Shown: positions 44,114-54,571 of the stretch, in pieces | How the letters are laid out: each line of letters begins with the position of its first letter | Position numbering within the stretch: the first letter of the stretch is position 1 | Translations under genes and position numbers: made by a program | The notes under the pieces: generated by a model | What the model saw: the letters and a program-made list of their open reading frames with translations, nothing else | The model's database searches: none | What the model was told of the DNA's origin: nothing | Origin: Chloropicon primus | Taxonomy: Eukaryota | DNA length: 64,000 bases | Assembly (NCBI GenBank): GCA_023205875.1 | Contig: CP060764.1 | Coordinates: 248,001-312,000 of the forward strand | Reading direction: 5' to 3'

Positions 44114-44548
44114 TCATTTTTTGTTCCTGTTCGAGCAGCGGCGTTCGCGCATGGGACTCCCCTTCTTCCTCCCTCCCAACTTCACGACGCCTTCCTCCAC
44201 ATCTTCCTTCCCCTTGTTCTCCTTGTTCTCCTTGTCGCTCTCCTCCATCTCCACCTCCTCCGCGAAGTCGAGCCTCCTCCTCCGCTTCGGCGTCCGCTCC
44301 GCGGAGTACACGCCGCTCAACCGCTTCGCATTCACCACCGGGCCGCACTCCTCCTCCTCCTCCTCCTCCTCTGCCGTCCTCGTCCTCGTCGTCGTCGTCG
44401 GAAAGCTGCAACGCCTTTCCATTCTCTTCCTCTGCGGAGGAGGAGAGTCCATCGACGTGTATGAGAGAGAAAGCTTCTCTTCGTAACAAAACAAGTCGAA
44501 GGTAATCCTCCTCGCCGCAGGGAACGCGTCCTCCGTCACAGCGCTCAT
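44114..44548 (-). CDS. Hypothetical low-complexity protein with TP-RxLxF and KEN motifs
   Basis: ORF containing ERTPKRRRRLDF and DKENKEN; 5' structure unresolved. Confidence 0.4.
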   Translation of the reverse strand: MSAVTEDAFPAARRITFDLFCYEEKLSLSYTSMDSPPPQRKRMERRCSFPTTTTRTRTAEEEEEEEECGPVVNAKRLSGVYSAERTPKRRRRLDFAEEVEMEESDKENKENKGKEDVEEGVVKLGGRKKGSPMRERRCSNRNKK

Positions 44549-45181
44549 GCTCTCTCAAGCTTTCCTCGTCGTGGATTTTGTTCTTGTTCTCCTCGATGAA
44601 AAACTTTCACAGAGCGTCTCTCGTCTCGTCCGAAGGCTCTATCGAAAGAGCAAGGCACGACAGTTCACTCGCGTCGGTTTCCCTCTCCCGTCACAACCAA
44701 ACCGCCTCGTCGTCCTCGTCCTCGTCCTCGTCGTCCTCGTCGCTTCACCGTCTGTCGGTTCCCCTTTTCAAGTGGGTGATTATTTGGTCTCCGCAGAGAT
44801 CGAATCGCGGAGAACGAGGGGATGAAGGGGAACTAGTGAGTTTGTCTGAGTGATGTGACGGATGGATGGATGGAGGTGTGGTGACGGATGGATGGGCTTG
44901 ATGCATTGCCTCTTCCTCCTTCCTCCTTCCTCCTTCCTCCTTCCATGGAGTCTCATCCTTGAGAAGAATGGTGAGGAGGTAGAGGGTGCAAGATAAGAAA
45001 AGTGGATTGGTTGGGGTTGCCCTGGCTCCTCGCTTCGAAAACACACGCAACACACGCGAGAAAACTTTGCTGCCCTGCTGTATACTGCAGAAGAAAAATT
45101 TTTATAGGAATAATCTTGATACCCAAAAAGAAAAAAGAAAAAGAAAGAGACTCTTGAGAACTTTTTTTTTTCACACCGCAC

Positions 45182-46087
45182 CTACTCCTTGTTCAGGGCT
45201 TTCATGAACTGGGCCGTCTTGATAAAGACGTCTTTCAGCCTGTGCTGGCCCCGGCCAGACCTCATGAGGCCCACGTCCAGTCTTTCCCGCAGCACGTGCT
45301 GCATCACGTACTCCAGGGGAGCGAGCTGCTCCTTGGGGACCCAGTGGATGCAGTCCACCGGGCACATGTCGATCGCTTCCTGGACCTCCCTCTCCGTGCT
45401 CAGCCACTGGCCGAACGCCCTCGCCCTCCCGGAGGGCTCGAGGTTCCTGAACGTCGGTGGCGCGCACGTCGCGCAGTGGCCGCAGCCGATGCACGTGATC
45501 TCGTCCACGAAGACGGCCTTGCTGAGCTGCTCCTCCGACTCGACTTTGCATGCCCAGTGGTCGGCGGGGACGACCTTGCTGAGAGGCTCCCCGGTGTACG
45601 GCACTCGCCGCAGGGCGTCACCTATGTCAGTGTCCTGGGCGGACATGTCCCTCAAGTTGTCCCTCTCGCCCCCGGAGGTCGCCGTGTGGGCGCTCACGGT
45701 CCTCTCCACCTCGTACGCCTCCCTCAGCTCGTCGTCCATCAGCGTCGCGTACGCCTCGTTCAGGACCACGCAAGCGTAGTGCCCGTCCTCCCCAGCAATG
45801 TCCGGGTGGCACCTCCTCGCCCTCTCCCTGTACGAGTTCTTGATCGTCTGCGAGTCCGAGGTCCCCACCTCGATGCCCAGAAGGTCGAAGAAGTCCGGCT
45901 CCGCGTTCGAGGCCTCGGCCTCCCTTATGCTTCGAAGGATCTGCTCCAGCACCTCGTTCCTCTCTGCCATGGCGCGGGCGCGAACCGTGGACGAGGGACG
46001 AAACCTCCGCACCCTCCGTCGTTGGCGACCTGCTCTCACCCCCGGCAAAGCCACGCCTCCCCTCACGAGCCCAACCCTCGCCATCAT
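45182..46087 (-). CDS. Plastid DnaJ-ferredoxin protein, copy 2
   Basis: HPD; FVDEITCIGCGHCATCAP; AIDMCPVDCIHWV; paralogue of 9523..10623. Confidence 0.92.
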   Translation of the reverse strand: MMARVGLVRGGVALPGVRAGRQRRRVRRFRPSSTVRARAMAERNEVLEQILRSIREAEASNAEPDFFDLLGIEVGTSDSQTIKNSYRERARRCHPDIAGEDGHYACVVLNEAYATLMDDELREAYEVERTVSAHTATSGGERDNLRDMSAQDTDIGDALRRVPYTGEPLSKVVPADHWACKVESEEQLSKAVFVDEITCIGCGHCATCAPPTFRNLEPSGRARAFGQWLSTEREVQEAIDMCPVDCIHWVPKEQLAPLEYVMQHVLRERLDVGLMRSGRGQHRLKDVFIKTAQFMKALNKE

Positions 46088-46872
46088 CCCCGCGGCGATC
46101 CCCTTCCTCGTTTGGATGGATGCCGTTGTGGATTCCCACCACCTTCCTCCTTTCCTTCCTTCCTTGCCGCAAAAAAGAAAAAAAGAAAAACCCGAAGCGA
46201 GCGTTAGCATCCCTCCCGCGCAATTCGTAACGCACGCCGACCTCACGATCCTCCTTCTCTGACGCTCGTCGTGACGATGCTGCTGCTACTGCTGCTGCTG
46301 CTGTTGATGATGATGATTATGATGATGATTGATGGACGACCTCGCCGCGTCGCGAACAAAAGCCTCAAGCGTACCTCGAGCGAAGCGGGTGACAGACAGA
46401 CGGCCGCGCCTCCTCCTTCCACCCGGCGTGCGTTACCTCGAACCCGGAAACGAAACGGGCGAGAGCAAAAACAGCAGAGAGAGCGTCGCGCGCGCCAAAC
46501 CTGTTCTGTAGCACGTGATGCTCGAGGGGTGAAGGTGAAGGAGGGACGTTTCGGCGGTGTTTTGAGGACGAAGAGGGAGAGGGGAGGGTGGGAGAGGCAC
46601 GGGGATCGATAGAATGTCTCACGGGCTTTCCGATGATACCTTGGTTGCGTGATTTGGTGGCCGGAGTCACGAGCTAGTTGTCGGGAGGGCAGAGGCGCGA
46701 GAAGCGAGGGGGGGGCAAGGGAATTGGGTGTTTCAGATCGGTAGGGCTTCTCGCGATCTTTTCGTCGACCCTGGCTTTGCTTCGGTTTCGTTCCAAGGGA
46801 TAGGACGCTTGCTTTCCATTTCCATTCTCTCGTTCGTTCGTCCTGGCATTTGACGCAGACACACACACCCAA

Positions 46873-46914
<42 letters not shown>

Positions 46915-46934
46915 CGTTTGTGGAGAGGAAGAGG

Positions 46935-47462
46935 ATGGCGGCTGGAGCATCGCGGGTGGGTCTGGGCGTTGCCCTGGTTCTGGTGGTGACGGCTATGGTG
47001 TCTTTTTGGAACGCAGGCGCGGCGTCCGTCTCACGAACCTCAAGATTGTTCGAGCTTGACAGGTTGGACCAAAGGTGGTCCCTGGATGGGGATGACGACC
47101 TGCCTTGCCTTCCTCACTCGGGAACAGTGTTCCAGGACCAGCACGACGGGGACCAGAAGATTGCGGAGGAGTCTGGGGATGAGTTGATCATCAGGTCGGC
47201 GGACAAGGACCAGACTTGGTCGGTCAAGGCCAAGCTGGATAAGAAGACTTGCTCGGCAGTTGTGGACTTTCGGGTTCCAGGCAAGCCGAACCCACCTCCA
47301 GTCAACTTGCTGGCCACCATCTGGATCACGTTCAGGATCGACAACGGGGTGGTGGTGTCCAAGAACACGATCGAGTTCACCGATCCGAGTGGCAAACTCG
47401 CCAAGCCGAACGTGCCTCTGAACACGTGGGTGCAGGTGCTCCGCGACGACGACGAGGGCTAG
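46935..47462 (+). CDS. Hypothetical secreted protein
   Basis: Signal peptide; globular-looking region (DQHDGDQK, VDFRVPGKPNPPPVNL, FTDPSG, PLNTWV); no family assigned. Confidence 0.7.
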   Translation: MAAGASRVGLGVALVLVVTAMVSFWNAGAASVSRTSRLFELDRLDQRWSLDGDDDLPCLPHSGTVFQDQHDGDQKIAEESGDELIIRSADKDQTWSVKAKLDKKTCSAVVDFRVPGKPNPPPVNLLATIWITFRIDNGVVVSKNTIEFTDPSGKLAKPNVPLNTWVQVLRDDDEG

Positions 47463-47497
47463 TGGCATCACACACAAAAGTACTTTATTTCATATAT

Positions 47498-48786
47498 TTA
47501 CACTCTCAGGGCCACGACTTGGGAGACTTCGGACGGGAGGAGGAACTCGCTCCTCTCGATGCACTCGCACGGGGGAGTGTAGTTGTTGCTGGCGTCCAAG
47601 ACGGCCAGCCCGCTGCCGGTCTCCGCATCCGCTGGGGGCCCTCCCCGCTTTCCGGCGTAGGCCTCCCTCTCGAGCTTCGCCAGCAGAGCGATGTCGGCGC
47701 TTCCCTTCTTCAGGCCGGTCGATCTGTTGCCGTTCTCCCCGCCGTCGGTGGACCCCCCGATGCCCGACGTCGTGTAGGACAGCCACTTGTCCACGATCGT
47801 GCTCATCGACGTGGAGGGCATCGCGTAGTGGGGAACGCACCAGCAGTCCGCGCTGAGGATGGTCCCCGACAGGGGGACAACGGCCCTGAGCTTGTTTGAC
47901 TTGCCCTTGAACGGCAGGAGGTTGTGGGACCAGCCCACGACGACGTAGACCTGGTTGGAGAGCTCGGACTCCGACTGCTGGCTCTTCATGCTCTTCAGGG
48001 CATCTTCCGTGCTGAAGGTTTTCACTTGGGCCCTCAGCTCCTGGAGCTTCATCCTGAACACCGCGAATTCTTCCTTGCTCAGCGTGCCCAAGTTGCTCGA
48101 TTCGATGCCGTCCTTTCCCATCACCCTCAGGGTCAGCTCCACGAGGAGCCTGGGAGAGTTGGGCAAGGCAACTTTCCCCCTCAGGCTTGGGTGCCAGAGG
48201 TCTCCCCAGTCCCTCAGGGCGAAGCCCGCTCCCGATTTCTCCACCGAGTCGACCTTATCCTGCCTCACAAGCATACAGAGGCAGCCCCACTTGTATGGAA
48301 CGCCCCAGACGTACGAGTTTCCGCGCTTGCCCTTGGACACGTACCTCCCCGTCCTGTCCCTCGACACGAGCTTCTTGCACTTGGCGGGCAGCGAGTCCCA
48401 CCAGTCCGTGTGCTCCGCCCCGATGATGGGCTGGATGCACCCCTTCTCGATCGCTTGCTCCAGCCAAGCATCACCCAGCGTCGTGAGATCGTCACTGCAA
48501 ACCTTCTTCGCCTTCCTCCTTCCCACCTTGCCCTGCTTCATCTCATACAGGTCATCATACCCCTGACCCAACTTCTTCCTCAAGTAAAGCCTCGCGTTCA
48601 CATTCTGGTACCTCGAGTGATCCCTCATGTACTCCTTGAACCCCTTCATCCATCTCGGCGAAGCGGAGCCACGCAAGGACCCAACCCTCAGCACGTAACT
48701 CCTCTTGTCCTTCAGGGCATCCCCTTCATCATTCCTTCCCCCATCATCATCATCATCATCATCATCCAACAACAACAACTTCTTCT

Positions 48787-48821
<35 letters not shown>

Positions 48822-49123
48822 GCCGCGTGGACCGGACGAAAGCTTCCCATGCAGAGCTGACAGGCGCCCAAGTGGACGCTCAATGCGCCAAGCGCCAGGG
48901 ATCTCAGCATCTTGCGCGTGAAAGCGGAAGGACTCGTCGTCGTCGTGGGAGTTGAAGCAGGCGGTTCGTCATGGTGTTCGTCACCGTCACCGCCACGGGA
49001 AGCGACGCTGAGGGATGGCGGACCTCTCCTTGTTCGGGGCCGTCGTCTTCCGTGGGCCGGAGCGGAGCGGCAAGGAGCACCTTTCCTTCCTCCTCCCACA
49101 CTTGCGCGACACTTGGGTTCCAT
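47498..49123 (-). CDS. Plastid PotD/PotF-like polyamine-binding protein (ENF2-like)
   Basis: Transit-peptide-like N-terminus; TLGDAWL, WGVPYKWG, DWGDLWHPSLRGKVAL...SPR and SGTILSADCWCVP. Confidence 0.8.
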
Positions 49124-49276
49124 CGTTTTGCTCTCTCCTGGAGATGTTACAGAAGAGGGCAGAAGGCAGAGGCAGAGGGAGGCAGAGGAGAGGAGAGGAT
49201 GGTGGTGGTGATAGCGATGGTGATGATGGAGGACAAGCCAGGAGAACGCAACTGCTTGGATATTACATATATATTT

Positions 49277-51034
49277 TTAGTGCTGGGACATTCGATGCCT
49301 GGCGGACATGCTGGAGAGGAACTGGTTCGAGTTGAGGACGCCGTTGCCGCCAAGGAAGATCTTGAGGTTGGTGTACTGCTGCTGCATGCTCGCAATGAAC
49401 TTTGATTCCTCGTACGTCACTCCCCCCGCGATGAAGATGATGAGCTCTTTCACTTGCTTTGCGTCGACCTGAGGCACTTGGGCGTGGCAAGGATAGTCGT
49501 GCTCCTTGAGCTTGCCCTTGAGCAGCTGGTCGGCGATGCTGGCGATCAGCGGCTCGTGCTGCGTGTAGACGTTGTCAACCCCCTTGAGACCCTTCATGGC
49601 AGTGGATGCCCTGGACAAGAACGATTTGTTGCCTCCGAACAAGTCGTCGTCCCTTTTCCCTTGGCCCCCGTAGTCGAGGATTTCCCTCACCAGGTTAGTC
49701 TTCCTGACCGGGACCCCCACGTCAATGAGCTCTGAGATGAGCCTCGAGACGGTCTCCCCGTCCTTCTCGAACCTCACGGCGAAGATCATGGCCAGCTTCA
49801 CCTTGTGGTCCTCCTTCACCTTGTGGTCTCTGATGATGTCCACGACCTCGTTGTAGATGGAGCCGGCCCTCAGGGACGAATTGCAGGCTATCTCCTGCTC
49901 GATCTCGCTCGCGTTCATGAGGTTCCCCTCCTCAACGATCCTGCTGAGCTCCGTCATCAGGGTCACATGCTTGGAGACGTTCCCTTGCTTCGACCTGAAC
50001 TCTGGGTAGTTCTCCACAAACCTCTGCATGTCCTCGATGCTCTGTATGTTGTGGTTCATCTTGCTGGCCTCCTGGAAGCCATCCACAAGGTTCTTGATCT
50101 CTATCCCGAGGTCCCCGTAGTTATTGTACATCTCCTTCTTGAAGAACTCGTCCTGCTCGGACGAGAGAACGACCTGACTCTGGTCCTTTGGAACCTTTGA
50201 CAGAATGCTCTTCGACGTGAGGTCCACCCTGTTGTTCCTGATCCCCAGGAGGTCGTGGACCATGGCCTGGTAGGTCCACTGCGTCAGGAGTGGGGTCACC
50301 GGGTCACTTGTCCGGTCGAGAATGAGAACGAGGGGCTCGATGCTTCCCCTCTCCGTGGCGAAGAGGCCCTCTCCCTGGCAGTAGGTCAACCGGTACAAGC
50401 TCTCCGAGATCTGAAACGCGACGTCAGAGGAGCGCTGGTACCTTATGCAGGGCTTCCTGACCTTGAGGGACAGGAGGAGGGCGGCAATAGCCTCCACCGT
50501 CCTGTCCACGTCCCCGAGGAGCTCCTGCCTGTCGACGTACGGCGCGCAAAGGAAGCTCGAGGCGTGGCCCTCTCCCCCACTCCCCGCGGCGTTCCCCCGG
50601 GCCTCCAAGCTCGGTACGGTGAACAGGTGCGAGTCCAGCACCATGTAGTCCACGTAGTACTCGTGAATCTGCTTCACAAGCTCTTGCCCGTCCGCCTGCG
50701 CGAGGTCTTGCAGGTACGAGTCCCTCACCGAGTTGGTGTAAAATAGGTGGTACTCCCCGAACTTGGGGTCCCTGAGGTGCCTGCTCAACGCCCGAAGCGA
50801 CGAGTACGACGGCCGCAGGAAGCACACCGCTTTCATGTGCATGAGCTTCTCCACCGTCTCGTTGTCTATCCTTTCCACGAGAAAGACCTCCTGCTTGAGG
50901 ACGTCCGACTGGGTGTACACCGTGGACAAGTACTGCTTCGTCTCCGAGTCCACGAGGAGTACCTTGGCCCCAGGCCCCGCCCTCTGAATCATCTTTTGGA
51001 TGTAATCCTTCGCCAAGTCGGGAAGCTTCACCAT
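49277..51034 (-). CDS. VPS45: Sec1/Munc18 family protein VPS45
   Basis: KVLLVD, HMKAVCFLRP, LILDRTSDPVTPLLTQWTYQAMVH, NVSKHV, NVYTQHEP, GGVTYEE. Confidence 0.96.
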   Translation of the reverse strand: MVKLPDLAKDYIQKMIQRAGPGAKVLLVDSETKQYLSTVYTQSDVLKQEVFLVERIDNETVEKLMHMKAVCFLRPSYSSLRALSRHLRDPKFGEYHLFYTNSVRDSYLQDLAQADGQELVKQIHEYYVDYMVLDSHLFTVPSLEARGNAAGSGGEGHASSFLCAPYVDRQELLGDVDRTVEAIAALLLSLKVRKPCIRYQRSSDVAFQISESLYRLTYCQGEGLFATERGSIEPLVLILDRTSDPVTPLLTQWTYQAMVHDLLGIRNNRVDLTSKSILSKVPKDQSQVVLSSEQDEFFKKEMYNNYGDLGIEIKNLVDGFQEASKMNHNIQSIEDMQRFVENYPEFRSKQGNVSKHVTLMTELSRIVEEGNLMNASEIEQEIACNSSLRAGSIYNEVVDIIRDHKVKEDHKVKLAMIFAVRFEKDGETVSRLISELIDVGVPVRKTNLVREILDYGGQGKRDDDLFGGNKSFLSRASTAMKGLKGVDNVYTQHEPLIASIADQLLKGKLKEHDYPCHAQVPQVDAKQVKELIIFIAGGVTYEESKFIASMQQQYTNLKIFLGGNGVLNSNQFLSSMSARHRMSQH

Positions 51035-51103
51035 CTTCCCCCTGGCGCGCTCACCAAAAACAACAACTGCAACTCGTGAAACACTCCGCACCTCCTCGAG
51101 TCC

Positions 51104-51637
51104 TTTCTCCCCCTCTCTCTCGATCCCTTGCCGACCTCAAACCGGGTCAAGCAACCAACCAATCGAAAGATCTCAACCTCTACTTTCGTGTCGTCGACTC
51201 GTCCTTCCCTTCCTCGGCCGCGGTGTGTCCCGAAACCGCCCTCGAACCTTCGCCTCTCCCCCCTCTTTGGCGAGAACCCTCCTCCCTTTCTCCCCCCCTC
51301 TCTCTCGATCCCTTGCCGACCTCAAACCGGGTCAAGCAACCAACCAATCGAAAGATCTCAACCTCTACTTTCGTGTCGTCGACTCGTCCTTCCCTTCCTC
51401 GGCCGCGGTGTGTCCCGAAACCGCCCTCGAACCTTCGCCTCTCCCCCCTCTTTGGCGAGAACCCTCCTCCCTTTCTCCCCCCCTCTCTCTCGATCCCTTG
51501 CCGACCTCAAACCGGGTCAAGCAACCAACCAATCGAAAGATCTCAACCTCTACTTTCGTGTCGTCGACTCGTCCTTCCCTTCCTCGGCCGCGGTGTGTCC
51601 CGAAACCGCCCTCGAACCTTCGCCTCTCCCCCTCTCT
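51104..51637. repeat. 185-bp tandem repeat, about 2.9 near-identical copies
   Basis: CGATCCCTTGCCGACCTCAAACCGGG recurs at 51121, 51306 and 51491. Confidence 0.96.
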
Positions 51638-51941
51638 CCTCGGGCGAGAAGAGAACCTCGAGTTTGTCAAACAGAAGTGCGCCGACCTTTGGCGATCTCG
51701 GGCGAACGGGGCGGAGGAGCCGACGGCGAGGAGAGTGAGAGCGCAAAGGGGTCAAGGGTGGACGAGGCTTGGACCAAACGAAGCGTCTCTTCGAAATCTT
51801 TCGATCGGCCTCACTTGCGTCCCTTCTCGGCGTCGACTGAGAGAGAGAGAGAGAGAGAAGCTTCGGCATCTTCGAGAGAGGGAGAGGGATCGAGTGGATC
51901 CTTTTTTGTTTTGTTTTGTTTTGATTTTGTTTCTTGGGAGG

Positions 51942-53357
51942 ATGGCAAGCGGAGGGAGCGGGAGTGAAGGGGACGCGTCGACGACGTTGTTGACGTACAA
52001 GGTGGTGAAGGGTTGCGCGATATTGGCGGCCTCTGCGGCGGCGATATGGCTCGGGTCGGAGGTTTGGGACAGGAGTTGCGAACGTTATGCCGGAACTGGA
52101 AGGAAAGGGAGCCAATGGGTGAGGAAGAACTTGAGGTACAAGCCAGGAAGCACGACGGAGTACTTGTCCAAGGTGCTGAAGCAGCACTCCGACAGTAGGA
52201 AGAAGAGGAGGCCAAGGATCGTTTACATGGACGGGTGCTTCGATATGATGCATTATGGGCACGCGAATGCTTTGAGACAGGCGAGGGCGTGTGGCGACTA
52301 CCTGATCGTTGGGGTGGTGTCCGATGAGGAGATCCTGAAGAACAAGGGGCCGCCGGTGTTCTCCGAGGAGGAGAGGATCACGATGGTGAAGGCGGTGAAG
52401 TGGGTGGACGAGGTCATCACCGGGGTGCCTTACGAGGTAACGGAAGAGTTCATGAGAATGCTCTTCAAGAAGCACAAGATCGATTACATCATTCACGGCG
52501 ACGACCCTTGCCTTCTTCCTGACGGGAGAGACGCGTACGAGCTCGCCAAGAAGGCTGGGAGGTACATGGAGATCAAGAGGACGGAGGGGGTGAGCAGCAC
52601 GGACATCGTCGGCCGGATGCTGCTGTGCTCCCACCAGGTGTCCCCCTTCAAGCGAAGCAAGAGGCACCTCAAGACCAAGTCCATGGACAAGATAGAGCAC
52701 GACTTCAGCCTCGGAGGGAGCGACGACGAGTGTGAGGACGAAGAGTACGCCAGAGGGAGCGAGCCCTCGACCCCGAGGGCGCAGACGAAGCTGAGCAACT
52801 TCATGCCCACGAGCAGGAGGCTGATCCAGTTCGCGAACGACGTCTCCAAGGCGGACAAGGATTCCGTCGTCATTTACATCGACGGGGCGTTCGACATGTT
52901 TCACCCGGGGCACGCCAAGATACTCAAGGCCGCCAAGGAGTTGGGGGACTACCTCATCGTTGGCGTGCACGACGACGACGTCGTGTCCAAGAGCCGCGGG
53001 AGGCACTACCCGATCATGAGCCTGCACGAGAGGAGCTTGTCCGTCTTGGCCTGCAGATACGTGGATGAGATCATCATGGGAGCACCGCAGCAGATCACCT
53101 CGGAGCTTCTCACCACCTTCAACATCTCCATCGTTGCCCACGGCACGGTGTACGAGAGTGCCGCCGAGGACGGCCAGTACGCCCTCGCCATCGAGAACGG
53201 CATCTTCGTGGAGATTGAGAGCGAGAGCGACCTCTCCACCCGAGAAATCGTGAGGAGAATCGTGTCCAACAAGGACAGTTTTGAGGCCAAGTTCGCAAGA
53301 AAGTCCAAGAGCGAGGCGGAGTACTACAAGCAAAAGACCTACGTCATTGAACAGTAA
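51942..53357 (+). CDS. PECT1: CTP:phosphoethanolamine cytidylyltransferase
   Basis: N-terminal TM; two domains DGCFDMMHYGH and DGAFDMFHPGH; KRTEGVSSTDIV. Confidence 0.95.
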   Translation: MASGGSGSEGDASTTLLTYKVVKGCAILAASAAAIWLGSEVWDRSCERYAGTGRKGSQWVRKNLRYKPGSTTEYLSKVLKQHSDSRKKRRPRIVYMDGCFDMMHYGHANALRQARACGDYLIVGVVSDEEILKNKGPPVFSEEERITMVKAVKWVDEVITGVPYEVTEEFMRMLFKKHKIDYIIHGDDPCLLPDGRDAYELAKKAGRYMEIKRTEGVSSTDIVGRMLLCSHQVSPFKRSKRHLKTKSMDKIEHDFSLGGSDDECEDEEYARGSEPSTPRAQTKLSNFMPTSRRLIQFANDVSKADKDSVVIYIDGAFDMFHPGHAKILKAAKELGDYLIVGVHDDDVVSKSRGRHYPIMSLHERSLSVLACRYVDEIIMGAPQQITSELLTTFNISIVAHGTVYESAAEDGQYALAIENGIFVEIESESDLSTREIVRRIVSNKDSFEAKFARKSKSEAEYYKQKTYVIEQ

Positions 53358-53450
53358 TCGAAACCGAGTCTAATCTTCTCCTCTCCAAGATCCAATCCCC
53401 TCCCCTGGGAAAAGCAATCAATCAATCCATCTCTCTCTCTCTCAAGAAAA

Positions 53451-54507
53451 ATGGATCTCCTCGGAGGCTATGGCTCGTCGTCGAGCGAGAGCGAAGGCCC
53501 TCCAGCGCAAGCGGAGGAGGTGACCCAACCGAAGAAGGTGTTCACCTTCCAGGTTCCCGTCCTCAAGCCCCTTCCAAATACCGAGGACTATCGTCCGAAA
53601 AAGAGGCAGAACACCGAGGAGAAGCCGGCGTCCTTGCTGGACTCCTTGCCCAAACCCAAGACGGAGTTGTACGACTTGAAAGCGACCGAGACAAAGAACA
53701 GGAAGAGCATCGGCAACAACGTAAGTCACGACCCTTCACGCTCGTCTAAGAGAAACCCTGACATCGTCGTCGTCATCTTCATCGACAACACCATCTCTCT
53801 CTCTCTCTCCCTCTCTCTCTCTCGTTTCCTCCTCATCAACGTGATGATGAATGCAGGACCAGTGCCGAGAGGGGCAAAGGGTCTCGTCCTCCTCAGCGGG
53901 CGTGACAGCGGCCGAGGAGGATGAAGCTGGTCCGTCCCGTCCATCGTATGTCGGCGTCGAAGCGGCTCCAGAGGTTCCGAGCAACCCGAACGACATGTAC
54001 CGCGTCGGTGCCGCAGGTCAGCAGCAGCAGTATGATGCCCAGTATGATTACAATGCTTACTATGGCCAGTACGGGTATTATGGCGCCCAGGAGGCTCAGC
54101 ATCAAGGAAGCCAGCCGCCATCTACATCGGCTGCCGGCTGTGATGGCGCCCAGAGGGTGCTTGAGCTCGCCCTGGAGGAGGAGAGGAATCGAAGTCAGAA
54201 GCGGGGTCGGAAGGGCGGCAGGGGGTTGGGCCTCGAGCCTCAGGTCGTGGAAGTGAACCAGGCCTCCCTCCGGGGTAGCAGGGTAACGGCAGTCTCGAGC
54301 AACCCGATCCGGGATGCCATGGGGGAGGGGTACGAGGAGAAGCTGCGGAGGGAGGCCACCGGGAAAGGCGTTTCCCAGGTGGCGAGGAGTAAGCACCAGA
54401 TCGGCTCCTTGTACCAGGCGTCCAAGAAGCAGGAGCTGGAAATCCTCGCGAACAGGGCAAAGTCGATGAAATCGAAGAGGGAAACGCAGGGAAAGTACGG
54501 CTGGTGA
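53451..54507 (+). CDS. PRCC: PRCC-like protein
   Basis: join(53451..53720,53857..54507); MDLLGGYGSS start, LLDSLPKPK, C-terminal KHQIGSL...ELE...K..TQGKYGW. Confidence 0.85.
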
Positions 54508-54571
54508 GGGCATTCGAGGGTCCTTCCCTTTGCTTCTTCTTCTTAAATCTTCAATTCATTACAATTCTGTT

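Noticed and set aside
51104..51637. CRISPR-like array
   Set aside because: Head-to-tail identical units with no unique spacers, no cas genes, eukaryotic context; same for the other two arrays
51225..51941. Long N-terminal extension of PECT1
   Set aside because: Derived from the 185-bp repeat and microsatellites; ATG 51942 precedes the expected TM anchor
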